From contig NC_087472.1 in assembly GCF_036321535.1 (NCBI RefSeq), positions 99,760,001 to 99,824,000 on the forward strand: DNA of 64,000 nt, given 5' to 3'. Below the pieces are notes generated by a model that had not been told where the DNA came from, did not search any database, and saw nothing but the letters and a program-made list of their open reading frames with translations. The position numbers and the translations under genes were made by a program. Each line of letters starts with the position of its first letter. Position 1 is the stretch's first letter. Below, in pieces: positions 1 to 14,840 of this stretch. The stretch is from Camelus dromedarius. Lineage: Eukaryota.

Positions 1-2224
1 GGTGGTGCACAACTCAGATGATCCCAAGCTGGGGGATTTGGGGAAGGCAGGACTTCTTTCAGGAGTTGGCATGTGAGCTAGGCTTTTGAAGGCTAGTATG
101 TTTTAGACACGTGGAGATGAGGTGAAAGACATTCTATGTTTATAGGTTAACAAAGGCAGAAAACACACCTAGGAACTTTGAGCTGTGTGGTTCTGAGCAG
201 TTGGTGAAATGCAGTAGAAGGGCAGGAGGCTGTGAAGGTTAAGACTGCCACACTGGCAGCCTGATGTTACAGGATAAGCTGATGGAGAGGGTGGGTGGCC
301 CAGTTCTGGCTGCCAGAGGACTGCCTGCCTTCTGTGAAGTGGCTTGGAAGGGTGTTGGGGTTGACAAGGCCAGTTAGGGGACTTTTGAGAAAAAAGTAAT
401 GAAATGTTGAATTAAGTGGGCAGCCGTCTCCCTAATCCTTTTCCCTCAACTCCAGAAATTCTAAATGTGTTCTTAGGAAGACAGGAGCAAACTAATGATT
501 GGGAAAGTGCTTAGTGAACTGTAGGGTGCTGTGCAAATTGTAGTTATTAGCTGGAAGAAAACCGAGAAAGGAAAACTTTGTGTGTGACATATGGATTTTG
601 TTATCTATTATAAGCTTCCAGAGGGCAGGGGATTATCCACTGGTTTTGGTGGTTGAGTTTTTGTCACTGTTGTTTTGCCACACAGTTGGTTCTGGGGATG
701 GATCTTAATTGTGTATAAGAGGAAATTAAGGTTTAAGGTAGCTTTTATGTTTTCTTAGTTATGCACAATACTTAGGTGAATGTCAGGGAAAATATCCTTA
801 AACAGAAAAGAAAAAATGGGGTGGAGTTGGAGGGAGCAGAGAACCTGGAAGATTTAATCGGACCAGTGTTAGAAGTAGTATTAGTAGAATGCAGGTGTTT
901 GGCTATATTTTAATTTTTAAAACTGTCTAAAATGCATCTCAAGTAAGAACATTTGGTCTTTTCAGCTTTAGTTTTGTTGGGGATGTTTCCTTAAATTGTT
1001 AACTTGTTGATCAGTAATGTCATAGGAAACAGTAAAAAGGAAAATATGAACCCAAGAGGTGATTAAATTTACAAATGTGAATACCTAGAACATTTTGTGT
1101 CCTGAAATCTCTAGAAAGTTTTCCTTATAGCAAAAGTATAATTATTTTTAAAAGGTTAAATTTCAAAAAAATTTAAAAAAAATTTTAAAAAGCTAAATTT
1201 CAGGTTATACTATTTTCAGTAAAATGACCATTTAAATATTTTTATTAAAAATCTTACAGTAGAGTGATTTTTAGGGTTAAGTTTTTTAACTGATAGCAGG
1301 TTTAAACACTAAAATTACAGGAATTAAGTATAGCTTCAAAGCATACCACAGCACTTATATGGATTGAGGGTTGAGCTTGGAGTGGGGATAAGAGTTATGC
1401 CAGTAATAATAAATTACTAGGAAATTTTAATAATTATCTGGTGAAAAATTGGAAGCCTTTTATCAGTTGGTTTTATCTTAGGAGAAACTGAGGCTGCAAT
1501 AAAAAACATTATCAACTGATTTCCCCTTATGGTTAGACCATTTTTATGGTTCTATTTAAACATCTTATTTTTCCTCCTGTAAAATGTTTTTTAAAACTGT
1601 ATTTTGGGTATGGGTAGGCTTTTTGTACCATTAAACCCCTTTGAACAGAGCATTTGTAATTCTTTGTTAGTGGAGATTGTTACAGGGCCATTCTGGCTTC
1701 TAGCGTTTATCACTCAACGTCTCTTAGTACTAGTTGTCAGATACACCGTGGGAAGCTTGGAGCAGGTTAGGAGGAAGGGAAATGGACCTTCTAATGAAAG
1801 TCCTTCTGATGAATTAAGGAAACCTCAGCAGTGGCCTCAGCCTGCTGCATAATCACTCTTCCATGTTTCTGCCTTGGCAGGGAGTTGTCTCGAAGTGCTG
1901 GTTTGAGAGCACAGAGCATGGAAAGTCAGATAAAAGCCTTTCCTCTGATAAGTTAAAAATAGGTACTTCAAACCATCTTGTTAGAGAAGTTAAATTTTTT
2001 AGTTAAAAGAATATCTATAAGCCCCTCAACCCTGGAGCAGTTTTTGATATAAGGCTGTGAAGTGACTTAAATAAATAATTAAATATGTACATGTATACAC
2101 CCACACCCCAGAATGTTATCTGTCTAATTGATTTTTGTCATACGAAGAGGTATTCTTTTTCTACTGGTGCTATTTAAAACATTTCAGGCTCTCTTTTGGA
2201 TTTATCCTCAGAGCCTATAACATA

Positions 2225-2575
2225 ATCATAAAGAACCCTAGCAGTTGTAAATCTCAATTCTTTGGATGGTGGATTTGATTTTTGGAAAGAGCCAAAAGCT
2301 ATTTAGAGTTAAATGCAGAGGAGTAAGATGGGCGTAAGCTGGTTAGTGCCATTTGGGGTCCAAAATGAGGTATAAATATAAATAATGAGACATTTTCTTC
2401 TGGGATGCAAAAACTGCCTCCAGACGAAGAATTTGAGTAGTTTTAAGCAAAATTAGCATTCTTGGAATAAAGTATAGTTTCCCATTATGACATTTGGAAG
2501 GATTATGTTCATATGAATGCTTAACCTCTGGGATGCAAAGTAAAACAACCAAGACGTACATTGTCTCGGTATCAT
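2225..2575. mobile_element. MARNA-like mariner relic
   Basis: ggtggatttgatttttggaaagagccaaaag...ttggaataa...tttggaagga matches the recalled MARNA consensus. Confidence 0.65.
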
Positions 2576-2589
2576 GACCCTTCCCCATG

Positions 2590-2680
2590 GGGCCATTGCA
2601 AAGATTAAAGGAGATAATGTTTGTAAACTCTGAGCCCCTTTGTCTGGCATGGGTAAGCCCTGAATATAGTTAGTTATATG
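2590..2680 (+). mobile_element. MIR 3' fragment
   Basis: agattaaaggagataatgtttgtaaa...tctggcat resembles the MIR tail. Confidence 0.55.
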
Positions 2681-3415
2681 TCATAATCGTGGCTTTGTAA
2701 CGGTACTTAAAGGTCAGGAAAGCTCTTAATGAAAGTTGTAAAGATTCAGAAAGCATTAAAATGGTAAGATGGTTGGGATTATATAATAAATGGTAGTATT
2801 TCTTTAAGGATACATTTAGGGTAAACACTGTAATTGGTTCTAATGATCATAACTTTGCTAACAACTAAGAATATTTTCTGAGAGTTCAGTGAGACTTCGT
2901 AAGTGATTAAATTAATCTCAACAGAATTTGATTTCAAAATACTATTACAAGCTTCTCATTACTGACATAGAGGTATAAGTATTTTTATGAAGTCGGAGAA
3001 GTTATTATGTATGCTTGATATCAGCTTTTAAAGTATGGTAGTATTTCAAGATAGTGTAAACTTGCTGGCTTTACAATTTGATGGACATTTGGGAGTAGAA
3101 AATAATCTGACTATTTTTTGCATATTGAGTGTTTTTAATGCCTTGCTGTATTTTTTGAAGCAAAAATTGTTTAACTTAGAATTTTGAGGATTTTATTATT
3201 AAAGTGGCAAATATTTAATGATCTCTGATTTGGAAAGGAGAACTCAAAACCATGTGCCTATCGCTATTTTCTCCTACTCATTATTGTACATGTTTTATGG
3301 CATACAATTTAGTGCCTTAATTATAAGAAAAGATAAGTATCTTTTTAGTTTTATAGCTATCTTGATTCATTTTAATAAGTTATTTTCTCAGTAAAATAGT
3401 TTCAAATTTAGTTAA

Positions 3416-3634
<219 letters not shown>

Positions 3635-5085
3635 TAGGGATAACAAAAATAATGTACTGACTTTTCACAAGATATAGGTAAATATCTGTGATATTGTAAT
3701 AATAATTAATATTTCATTATAAGTTATCTCATTAATTAGGAAATCTGTTGACAAGAGTAGCACATATTAATTCAAGTCTAGTTGTTCTTTATATGTAGTT
3801 CTCGTAACTTGGTGCTTCAATTCATAATAAATTAGAAATTGAAAGTTATGAAGAAAGATGTTGGCTGCTGCAAAAGACAGGTACTGAGAACAGAAAGAAA
3901 CAGTAACTGATAATGGAATAGGAAGGAGGAAGCAACAAAAGCAGATATGAAAGTCAAGAAATCTGGAAGTATATAGGTCATATGGTCATATTCTTAAAGC
4001 CCCTGAGGGCATTACTGGGACTTTGTGCCATAAGGGTGATGCTAAGTGGTCAATAAAAGAGTCCATTTCGATTTGTTGTACTTTATGACATCAGGGAGTT
4101 GCATAATAAACATTTTAAAGATTTACATTGACTTGTTGTGTTTTGTTTTTGCTTCTGGCCAATTTCCATTAGTTGGAAAATACAGTCATGTAAAATAACT
4201 CCTCACTGATGTTGCATAAATAAGGCAGTTGTGGGTATTATAAACAGGAGACTTTTGAGAATTTCAGATTTTTAATTTTATATTTCTTACTAGATAATTG
4301 TGTTAATCTTTTTACCTTCATAAAGTATTTTTTGAAAATGAATTATTTTCTCTGCATACCTCAAACTAAGGCATATATTTCCTTTAAAGCATGCAGTTTG
4401 TCTAAAACAGTTCACCTTCTCAATTCCAGCCCCTCTTACCCAAAGGAAGTGTGATTCTTGGCAGAAAGGGAGCTGGTATTGCAGAAAAACCTAGGAGATG
4501 GTCCCAGAACAGGAACAGTAAGTTAGGGAAAAGGATTGCTTAAGTAGCGTTCTGATGGGTCAAGTATGTTGTCTTTCTCTTAATTCTGTTAAAAGCCTGT
4601 AGCATAATCACTTTCAGAATGTCTTCATGAACTTCAGTTAATGTTAATTAAAATAAAATAGCATTAGGAGACATTCTGTGATATGTAAGCATAACATTTA
4701 GCATTTGTTCAGAATTGTTTTGATGTTTTAGGGTTGCTTTTGGAGTTATTTTTTACTCTAGGTGAACTATAGAGCTCTGTACCATCTTTACTTCCCAGAT
4801 ATAGTAAGATCTTACCTTGGAGAAGAAAGATCCTCACTTTGAGAGAGCCACTATCTTTCCCCTGGCAAGTAAGCAGGCATGTCAAATAGGACCAGAATCC
4901 TTGGGTTCATAAATCCATTTGCTGTTGTTTGGGCTTGGGAAAGCATGTGAGCACTGCAAATTAGTCTGTGGAATAAATTTAGGTCCTATATATTTTCAAG
5001 AGAATACAGGTTGGATATTTTTAATAGTCCCTTCTTCCTGTGCTTATTATAGATAATCTTTTAAGTGGAATCGGTTTTACACTAA

Positions 5086-5223
<138 letters not shown>

Positions 5224-5907
5224 TAATGACTGATTATTGTATGCCTGTTTAACTTATAGGAATAAGCCTCAGAACAGATATGGGAAGGTGCTGCCTGCCT
5301 CTTGGGCTTCCTTTAGCCTCTAGGACTGCATTTCCTGCCTAAAAACAGGGCTACCCAAGCAGGTACTGGGCCAGTGCACTTTGATAGACTAGGTTGTATT
5401 GACGCCGTGACTAGCATTGTTTAAATGTATAGGATTTTGAAAATATTTACCTTCCTAACTTTGATTCTGCTGTGTCTATAGTAATTGCCTACTGAAGTTA
5501 TCACTGGAAGAATTGACAGTTGTCGAGCCATTGAAATCATGGGTTGCTTCATGTGGTCAGAAATGGCTGTTATGAGGGCAGCTGGATGAAAATATGTGTC
5601 TTCTACTGGCACCTGTCCAAGCAGGTGGTGTGCCCTATCTTGTGAGCTGAGTTGAATCAATGTTAGAGTGCAGTAGATCACTGGAGACACAGACTAGTGA
5701 TTTGAGAAGGCTTCACTGTGATGTTTTTTACAGGATATGTATGTCCTGAGAGACTGCCATATATATGAAAAACCACCTGGTAGCAAGTTTATTTTGCTTC
5801 CTCCAAGACACTCCAGCCTTATTTCAAATTCCATTCTGCAGTAATAGAATCGAGGTACCAGTGTATTAACATAATTGTTTAATTGTAATATACCTTTATT
5901 ATTTTAG

Positions 5908-5971
5908 GAGAATAGATATGTCTTTGGCCGACCTTCAGAGTAAACAAACTATGGTATATGACTCAGAACAG
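5908..5971 (+). CDS. BCLAF3: BCLAF3 coding exon
   Basis: ttttag|G acceptor, CAG|gtaagt donor; 64 nt; RIDMSLADLQSKQTMVYDSEQ completes the PEIHRRID.S motif of the THRAP3/BCLAF1 family. Confidence 0.95.
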
Positions 5972-7313
5972 GTAAGTGAATAGAATTTTTCATGAGAGAT
6001 TATCTTATTGTTGGTATACTAATGAGAAAGGGAACTGGTGATTGGGAGTGAAAAAAAGATAGTTGAAGTAGATGAAGAATGAGACCCAGGAACCTGAAAT
6101 TTACAAAGCTGTCCAAGTGACACTAGTTTTTAATCAGGTTGCAGAGAGAACACTGGCATAAGACAAAAATATTCCCTAAGGGAGACTGTCCTCAAGGGCA
6201 ACAGCTTTGTAAAATTGACACAAAATTACAGTGTTTAGTATTCATTCCAAAACTTCACGCTGTGAAGCTTGCAGAAACTATGTTTCATACCTGTTTTTTT
6301 CCTGAAGCAGTCATGTGGTATATATTTTTAAGTTGTATGTGGAATGAATGCAAAGGAACTTAGTTTCATTTGATATTGCCCTTCTGTTTACTGAAGAGTG
6401 TATGAAAGAGTCTATGGAGTATGAACTAGCAAAATAATGGAAATAATACTGAATTTTTTCATTGCCCCCCCCATTTCCCCCATTTGTTTACTAATTAGGA
6501 AAACGATCTTAACTAGCTGGGGGGAAGAAAACTAGAACTTGTTTCAGAAAAAGTATATCAAGTTCCAAAAGAACTGCTAATTTATTCATTGAGAGTGAAG
6601 AGTTTTTGTAGAGGAGAGATTTTAATACATTTGTGATAGAATATACAAATAATTTTTTTCACTTGTTAATGGTTATAGTTTTTAAAGAACTTACAGAGAT
6701 AGTTTATTGAATAAGTGATAATTTTCAGAAATTTCTACTCATCAAAGTACTATAATAAACTTATAGGAAATCTGAGGATTTAAAAAAAAATCACCTCTAG
6801 TTCAGCCATTTAACACAAAATGTTATTTGTTTTTTCTTGCAGTCTTATACTTGGCCCTGTAACATAGTCGCTATCATAGTATATGCAGTTTTGGATGTTT
6901 TTTCTTTGTACTTAAATTATAATAACATTCCTTTGATGTAAATCTCTGAACTTCCAATGACCTTTTATAATTGAGGCTTTTTAAGTTTTAATTAACTTTT
7001 TTCGATAAGTGTTTTTCCATGTTTACTTGCACATAGTCTATATTATCATAATTTAAATGCTTGTATATTATTCCTATGACTTAAATTTACCATAAAATTA
7101 TTCTTCCCTTCCCCTTTAAATTTTTTTAACACTTGTTACTTTCATTGTTTTGTTATTTTTTAAATATAACATTTTAAATATACTTGGGTAGATAGCCTTT
7201 TCTTTGGTATAGAGTTTCAGAAGTGGGATTCCTGGTTCAATATTAAGAACTTTTCTGACTGTGTATTGTCAATTGTGTTTCAAAATATTTTTATCAGTTT
7301 ACATTACCATTAG

Positions 7314-7544
<231 letters not shown>

Positions 7545-8013
7545 TAATCAGTAGATGAAAAACATCCTGTTATCAGAGAGCTTTTGGTTTTAGCATATTT
7601 TCCAATTTTTTGTATGTGATGATAATTTTCACTTTAGTGTAGGGATTTAATCCTTCAAATCCATTTTATATGTTTAAGTGAAATCTATTAAAATGTTTCA
7701 GTTATTCAGTGATCATCATATGCTGTTTGATGGAAACAACAAAAATTATGGGGTAGGTGAGTATTTGAGGTCTTTGTAATCTAGAGAGAAGTGTAACAGT
7801 TGTTTGAATATTACCAGGAGCCAAGACCAGCAAATTTATGGACTATTTGGCTCAAACTGATTGAAACTCTGACACATTCTGCCCTTAGATTCTGGTATTC
7901 TTTGAATATTGCAAAATTTCCTGAGTTTAGTGCCATTCTCTTTCAGAACTCTTCATGGGTGTTTGCCCATGAAACAGAGGCAGGCATAGTTAAAAAAAAA
8001 AAAAAAAAAAAAA

Positions 8014-8200
8014 GTGCAGAGGAGACCTGAGTTTGAATCCTACCTCTGCCAGTTTACAGGCAGCATGCTCTTGGGCAAACTTGTTTAGTTTCTAGAGCCT
8101 TTTCCTCTATAAAATGAGAATAACCAATTTATGACTGAGAGGTTAAAAATAGTAAATGAACTGGCACATATGAAGTATTTATGCCATGTATGGCAAATTG
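8014..8200 (+). mobile_element. MIR
   Basis: gacctgagtttgaatcctacctctgcca...ttgggcaaac...ctataaaatgagaataa core; preceded by an A run at 7992-8013. Confidence 0.75.
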
Positions 8201-8844
8201 ATTGTCAGTAGATCGTTGTTTTTCTTTCCAAATCCTGTACCTCCTTTTAGGGTCTCTGAGTATTCTAGATTGGTCCCAGTTCATATCTGAGAGCTATGTG
8301 GAACTCATGGCAACTCTGGGACCCCATAAGATTATGAGATATAATTGAATAAGAGAAAATTTCCAGTTCACCTGAGGGTCCTCAGACTATTTGGATCTCC
8401 CAGAAGGTGGGAATATATGAATAGGAAGGGTCAGTGCTAATTCTCTATCCATAGTCCTTAGTTTCAAATGCTAAGATATTTGACTAGACTTTTAAGTCAT
8501 GTCTGTGGCTAATGAGGTCAAGATATATGGAGCTTGTTTAAAACTGGACTTGATTCTGACAATAACTTTGGGACTAATTAAAAGATAGCAAAACTATGTG
8601 TTGAGGCATATAAAACAATTGAAAATAAGATAGTTAAAATCTTGTCCCTCGGTGGGTGAAATATGACATGGCATTTTTGTGCTCTTTAGTGACACAAGCT
8701 CTCTGTCATGCTTTTCTTGACTCAGCAAGTGTAAGAAACTCAGTGTACCAAGAAAGAGGGGTTTTAAAGCTAGTTTAATCAACATATTATAAAGACCATG
8801 TAAGGTTCAGAATATATCTTCACCCTTTGAGGTGATGAAGAGCT

Positions 8845-9055
8845 TGAGCAGTGGAGTGACACCTGAGTTCACTGCCTGGCTCTGTAGACACCTAGCTATG
8901 TGACTGACCTTGGGCAAGTTACTTAATCTGTTTCTCAGCTATAAAGTAGAGATTAGAATTATATTTACCTCACGATGGAGGTGAGGATTAGCTAAGGTGG
9001 TGCATATATGGAACAGAGTAGCTGGTCAGTGTTAAGTGTTATTAATGTTAGCTTT
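8845..9055 (+). mobile_element. MIR
   Basis: tagctatgtgac...cttgggcaagttacttaatct...gtgaggatta core. Confidence 0.8.
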
Positions 9056-9336
9056 GAGGATGGTGTTCTAATGTGCACAAGTATCTTCATGCCAGGTGTT
9101 TTTTGCTGGGCTTTATTTGTAGTGGATGGTTAATGTGGCATGGTAGAACCATGATGATTTTTTTTTCAGGGTTAATAGTTTTTGATATATGAAGAGCTCT
9201 TAGGTGAAAATAAGAATAAAATATGAATAAATAATTCACAAAAGAAAAATTATAATCATTGTCGTCATATGTTCAATCTCACTGATAATCAGAAAGATGT
9301 ATACTAAAAGCAATGTAGAATCAGAGGCCATGACGA

Positions 9337-9990
9337 TTTTTAATTGATATATTACTTACAATAAAATTCACCTTTTGCAAGTGAACAATTCAGTAGTTTT
9401 TAGTATAATCACAAAGTTGTGCAACTGTCACCACTGTCTGATTCCAGAACATTTTCATCACCCCAGAAAGAAATCCTGTACAAGTAGTTGTCACTCCCTA
9501 TTTTTCCCTCCTCCCAGCCCCTGGCATCCCCTAAATCTACTTTCTATCAGTATGAATTTGCCTATTCTTGACATATAATTGCAGTCATAATATGTGATCT
9601 TGTGACTGGCTTCTTTCAGGTAGCATAATGTTTTTAATGTCTTCTGTGTTGTAGCTTGAATATTCCTTTTATGGCTGAGTAATACTCCATTGTATGGATA
9701 TGCCACATTTTGTTTATCCATTCACTAGTTGACAGATATTTGGGATGTGTCTACTTTTTGGCTAGTGTGAATAATGGTACTGTGAACATTTGTATGCAAG
9801 TTTTTGTATGGACATATGTTTTCACTTCTGTATACACCTAGAATTGGAACTGCTGGTTCATGTGATGACTATTTAACTTTTTGATGAACTGCCAGGCTGT
9901 TTCCACAGTGAGTGCCCCATTTCATATTCCCACTAGCAGTGTGTGAGGGTTCCAGTTTCACTGCATCTTCACCAGCACTTGTTATTAATC
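9337..9990 (-). mobile_element. L1MB-like 3' end and ORF2 tail
   Basis: aaaattcacctt...acaattcagtagtttttagtata...ccagaacattttcatcacccc; ORF 9491..9721(-) is L1-derived. Confidence 0.85.
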
Positions 9991-10747
9991 GTGCTTTAAA
10001 AAAGTGATATAGAACCTTTAATCTTGCACTTTTATCCTAATTCGATTTCCTTGTTAACATAAAAACATTTTATTTTATCCTTTTCTCTTAAAAATTCAGT
10101 TTATCAAAATTGACCTCATTAATATTTTTTGCATAAACCTTGTTAATCAAGTCATCATATAGATTTCCATAGAAATTCAGAAGAGATAAAATCATCAATC
10201 ATAGGATGTAGCTATTTCCCACCTGTGTGGTTTCTTTTTCTTCCCTTAAAAGTTGTGTGTAGTCTCTGCATTTGTGTTTGCTCATCGTTGTACCCCCACT
10301 GCCTTGGGCTCAGTTTATAGTTGAGTGAATGAAGACTTTCCAGTGGTGTAGACGGACAGAAGAGACTGAAATTGTAATGCATTTAGATCTGGATCACTTT
10401 TTATTCCCTGATACCTTAGAATCCTTCCCAAGCAAGCCTCACACCTAGGGCATTTTGTCTTATCTGCAAGATTCTGTTCTCTATTTTTTCCTACTTCTGA
10501 CCAACCTCTTACTGTAAAGTCTCCACGTCTTCTCCTGACACACTATTTCTCCCTCTTGTCACCATCCCTACAGTGTTATTGAGGTGCTGTGTTGTACAGG
10601 CATGGTGTGTAAGATAAAGCAGCCTTAAGAGTACATCAGACTGCCTGGATTTTCTTTTTAGCTAGGCGGGTTATAGAAAACATCAGTTTTCGTTTTTGCT
10701 GTTGTAACTATCTATATACTGAACTAGTTCACTTTACAAAGACCTTT

Positions 10748-11345
10748 TATTCATATATTCAACAAATATTTATAAATGTCTATGTCTAATCAGTGTTCTA
10801 AGCACTTGGGATCCAGTGGAAAAGCACACACAGAGCCCTGATCCTCATGGGGCTTACAATTTAATGGTAGGAGAAAGAAAAAGAAACGAATACAAGTTGG
10901 TGAGTGATAGGTGAAAAATGAGGCAGAAGAGGAAGTTTAACACAGTAATATGTGTGGTGTGATTTTATTTAGGATAGTTACGGAATGGTCTTACTATTTC
11001 TTGAAAAAATTGAGCAGGGATGTGAATTAAGTGAGGGCATTAGCCATGGGATAGTATTTCAAGAGAGGGAACAGCAGATGGAAAGATCCTGAGGCAGGAT
11101 CACGCTTGCTCTTGTTTAAGGAATAGAAAAGGAGCCAGTAAGGTTATAGCAATGAAGAAGGGACAAAGTTAGTTGGTGTGGCCAAATCTCAAAGGGCCCT
11201 GAAGGACATGAAGATTTTGTAATTTACTCTGAGTGAGATTAGAAAACATTTTGGATTCTAATCCAAGAGGAGACATAATCTCATTTAAATTTTAAAAGGA
11301 TTACTGTAGTTGCTGGATGGAGAATGGACTATAAGAGCTAGAGAA
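10748..11345 (-). mobile_element. L2 fragment
   Basis: attcaacaaatatttat...gttctaagcacttggga...cctcatggggcttaca is the L2 3' end in reverse. Confidence 0.8.
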
Positions 11346-11349
11346 AAAA

Positions 11350-11640
11350 TGATTTCTTTCTCATGTAAAAAAAGATTAGAGGCAGGAAGTCATGCATGGT
11401 AGGGCAGACACATCAGAGAACTGGGCTCCTTACTAGATCTTGTTCCTCACATACGCTCTGCACATGGAGTCTTCCTCCAGGATGGGCACTTGTGCCCTAA
11501 CCACCATGTCCACATTTTAGCCTTTTCTTTAAAGACTTCCTGGAATTAACACATGATGCTTCAGCAACATTGGTCAAAATTTAGTCTCATGGCCATGCCT
11601 AGCTGCAGGGAGGCTGGGAAATAGATTCTTTAACTTGAAC
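11350..11640. mobile_element. Old MLT1 (J/K-like) MaLR LTR fragment
   Basis: attggtcaaaatttagtctcatggccatgcctagctgcagggaggctgggaaat motif. Confidence 0.65.
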
Positions 11641-11655
11641 ACTCAAAAGGTTTAC

Positions 11656-12388
11656 TTTTTTTTTACTGTGGTAAATTATACATATCATAAATTTTACCAT
11701 TTTTACCATGTTAAGTGTACAACTCATTGGCATTAAGTACATTCACTGTGTTGTGCAACTATCACCACTACCTACCTCCAGAATTTTTTCATCTTCTCAA
11801 ATAGAAATTCAGTGCCAACTAAGCAGTAACTCCCCATCCCCTCACCCCTAACCCCTGATAGCCTCTATTCTTTCCATCTATGAAGTTGCCTATTCTTCAT
11901 AAATAAGTAGAATCATGCAATAATTGTCCTTTTGTGTCTGACTTACTTCACTTGGCATGTTTTCATCCATGTTGTATCATGTGTCAGTATTCTATTAAAA
12001 TGATTTATTCTTTTATAAGTCTGAATAATTTTCGCTATATGGCTATACCACAGTTTGTTTATCCACTTTTCTGTTGCTGGACATGTGGGTTGTTTCTGTC
12101 TTTTGGCTACTGTGAATAATGCTGTTATGAACATTGGCGTCATCATTTTGATTATAGGCATCCGATCGGGTTGTAAGTAATATCTTGGCAGTTTCAATTT
12201 GCATTTCCCTAATGACTAATGATGTTGAGCATCTTTTCATGTGCTTTTTGTGTGTCTTCTTTGGAGAAATATCTGTTCAAATCCTTTGCCCATTTTTAAA
12301 TTGGTTTGTCATCTTTCTATTGTTGAGGTGTTAGAGTTCTTTGTATATTCTGGATATCACTTCTTTATCAGATATATGCTTTGCAAAG
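11656..12388 (-). mobile_element. L1MB-like element, internally deleted
   Basis: L1MB 3' end; ORF2 peptides MKRCSTSLVIREMQI and MFITALFTVAK.KQPTCP on the minus strand. Confidence 0.87.
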
Positions 12389-12694
12389 AGGATTTTGTAG
12401 TCTGTTGTTTTGTTTATAGAAGTAGTAGTACACGCTATTGGTGAATATTTGAAAAAATATAGTAAATTATAAAAACAAAAATATAAGACATTCTTAATTT
12501 CACCAGTCAGGGATGATTACTGTTAATATTAGTACATTTCCTATCATTTATTTTTTCATGGGCATATTATAGATATATATATATTATATGTAAGTGAAAC
12601 TATCCTCAGTTATGACTTTGCCCCATACTCTTTTGACTTACTATCATATCAGAGCATTTTGAGAGAACATGGGGGATTTTAACATTTCAAAAAA

Positions 12695-13320
12695 TCCTGG
12701 GTGGCTATTGCATGTCAGGTTCTGGGTTCAGAGCTGAGACCACAGAACGAACCACAGTGCCCCCTCTGAAGGGACTGCAGCTTGTCTGGTGAGACAGGGG
12801 TTTGTAACCAACATTTATGAACATGAGTGATACATGTGAAGACCCCCAAATGCTACACATGCGCACAGGAATGGTACCTAGTCCACCTCTGAGGGGTCTG
12901 GAAAAGCCTTCTTGGAATAGGTGAAAATGGGGCTAAATCTTGAGGCTGATCTAAGTCGGAAGGAAATTACAGCAGAAGGAACTGCATGGGCAAACGTGTG
13001 GAAGCAGGAGAGATTGTGGTGTGTGCCGGGAACCACACAGAGCTGAATGTTCCCACAGCTCAGCCTGAGTGTTGGGGAGATTGGAATGAAGCAGCCAGGC
13101 GAGGCAGTAAGTGCGAGAGCAGGAAGGCCCTTGGAGGTCAATGATGAGGAGTGTGGATTTTGTTCCCATGTCAGTGGGGGTCCTGTGGGAGGGGCTGCAG
13201 CAGGGCCGAGGCAGGGAGCCGCTGGTTCACCACGGAGCAGGAAGGGTCTGAGGAGCACTGTGGGTGATGTGGGTTGTGACAGGGAGAGGACTTCCCAAGG
13301 GCTGTGGAAATGAGGCCCAA
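12695..13320 (-). mobile_element. L2 fragment (relatively GC-rich)
   Basis: gaggggtctggaaaagccttcttgga...ggaactgcatgggcaaa...tggattttgttcc L2-type motifs. Confidence 0.6.
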
Positions 13321-13872
13321 GGAAGGACTTCCCTCCCAGGTAGGGCTGCCTGGGAATAGCCCTTGGCGGCCTCCAGACCTCACTACGACAGAAGAGGGGA
13401 GCTGTCCTTTGCTGCTGTGACCCAGCAGTATCCAAGGTCCCTGCCAGTGAGCAGGCCTGAGCTGGTCACACACCTCTCTGGAGCTTTCACCAGTGAGTCT
13501 GTTGGCAGGGGGAGCTGTCCAGTGCTGCCAAAGGCTCAAGAGTAGTGATTATCTTCCCTCAGAAAGGATATGCTTTACATATGGTTTCTGGGATTACAGC
13601 CCTAGGAATCCTGTCCTTGGAGGACCCCATATTGAGATCCCTGATCCTAGGAATACGGTTTTCCCCCTGTTGCTAACTTCCAACTTTGCTAAATAATGTT
13701 TGTTGAAAACTTTAAGGTTTTAGCCATGATAACTATTATTTGTAATTTTAGTAGTGATAGATCGTTGAGGGTTTTTTTGTGTGTAGTTTTTTTTTTTTTA
13801 CTGTTGTGCTGCTTTAATTGTCTCTAAAGGGTATAATTTCATTTCTGTTGTTAATTTTTTGAATGAACATAA

Positions 13873-14127
<255 letters not shown>

Positions 14128-14269
14128 TAGAACTGTTCGTTAAGTGAGTGTTACGATTCTTTCGTTCAGTGCTAAGGTTCTGTTGTTACTATGACAGAAA
14201 AAATGATCATCTTATTTGATGTAGCAGGATTTTATTGCATTTATTATAGTACTAGCTTTCTTTACTTAA

Positions 14270-14505
14270 GTTTTTTTGGAATAACTTTATTAAGGTATAA
14301 TTTAAATACCATAAAATTCACCATGTTAGGTGTACAATTTAATGATTTTTTGTAAATTTACCAGGATGTGTAGCCATAACCATAATCCAGTTTTAGACTA
14401 TTTTCATGACCCCAGTAAGAGCCCTCAGGCCTGTTTGACTATTTCCTGTTCCCATTCCCAGCTAACAACTAATCTACTTTCTGTTTGTAAAGATTTGCCT
14501 TTTCA
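14270..14505 (-). mobile_element. L1MB-like 3' end
   Basis: ataactttattaaggtataattt...aaaattcacc...actaatctactttctgt. Confidence 0.8.
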
Positions 14506-14840
14506 TAGCGCAGGTCACAAAACAGCAGCTGGCTTCCATAAGAGCAAGCAAGTGATGGCTAGGAAGATGGAAGCCAGAGTCTGTTTGTAACGTCATCTCA
14601 GAAGTGATATCCTACCACTTTGACCAAATCCCATTTGTAAGGAGCACATTACTAGATACAGGCTACACTCAAGGGCAGGAAATAACATAAGGGCCTGGAT
14701 ACTAGAAGGTGGGGATGATTGGGAGCCTGGTCAGAAGCTGCCTGGTATAGTTTTCCCACTGGCTCTCAATGGTTCACATCCCTTCATGTGCAAAATACAC
14801 TCCTTCCTTCTCAAGGACCCCCAAAGTCTCATCTCATTAC
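14506..14840. mobile_element. MLT1-type LTR fragments
   Basis: gcagctggcttcc...cagaagtgata...cacactcaaggg...tgcaaaatacactc...aaagtctcatctcatt. Confidence 0.6.

Noticed and set aside
12878..13435. 185-aa minus-strand ORF
   Set aside because: Overlies a GC-rich L2 relic; no protein similarity recognised.
13601..13654. Repeated cctaggaat 45 nt apart
   Set aside because: Too short to separate from chance; no element termini identified.
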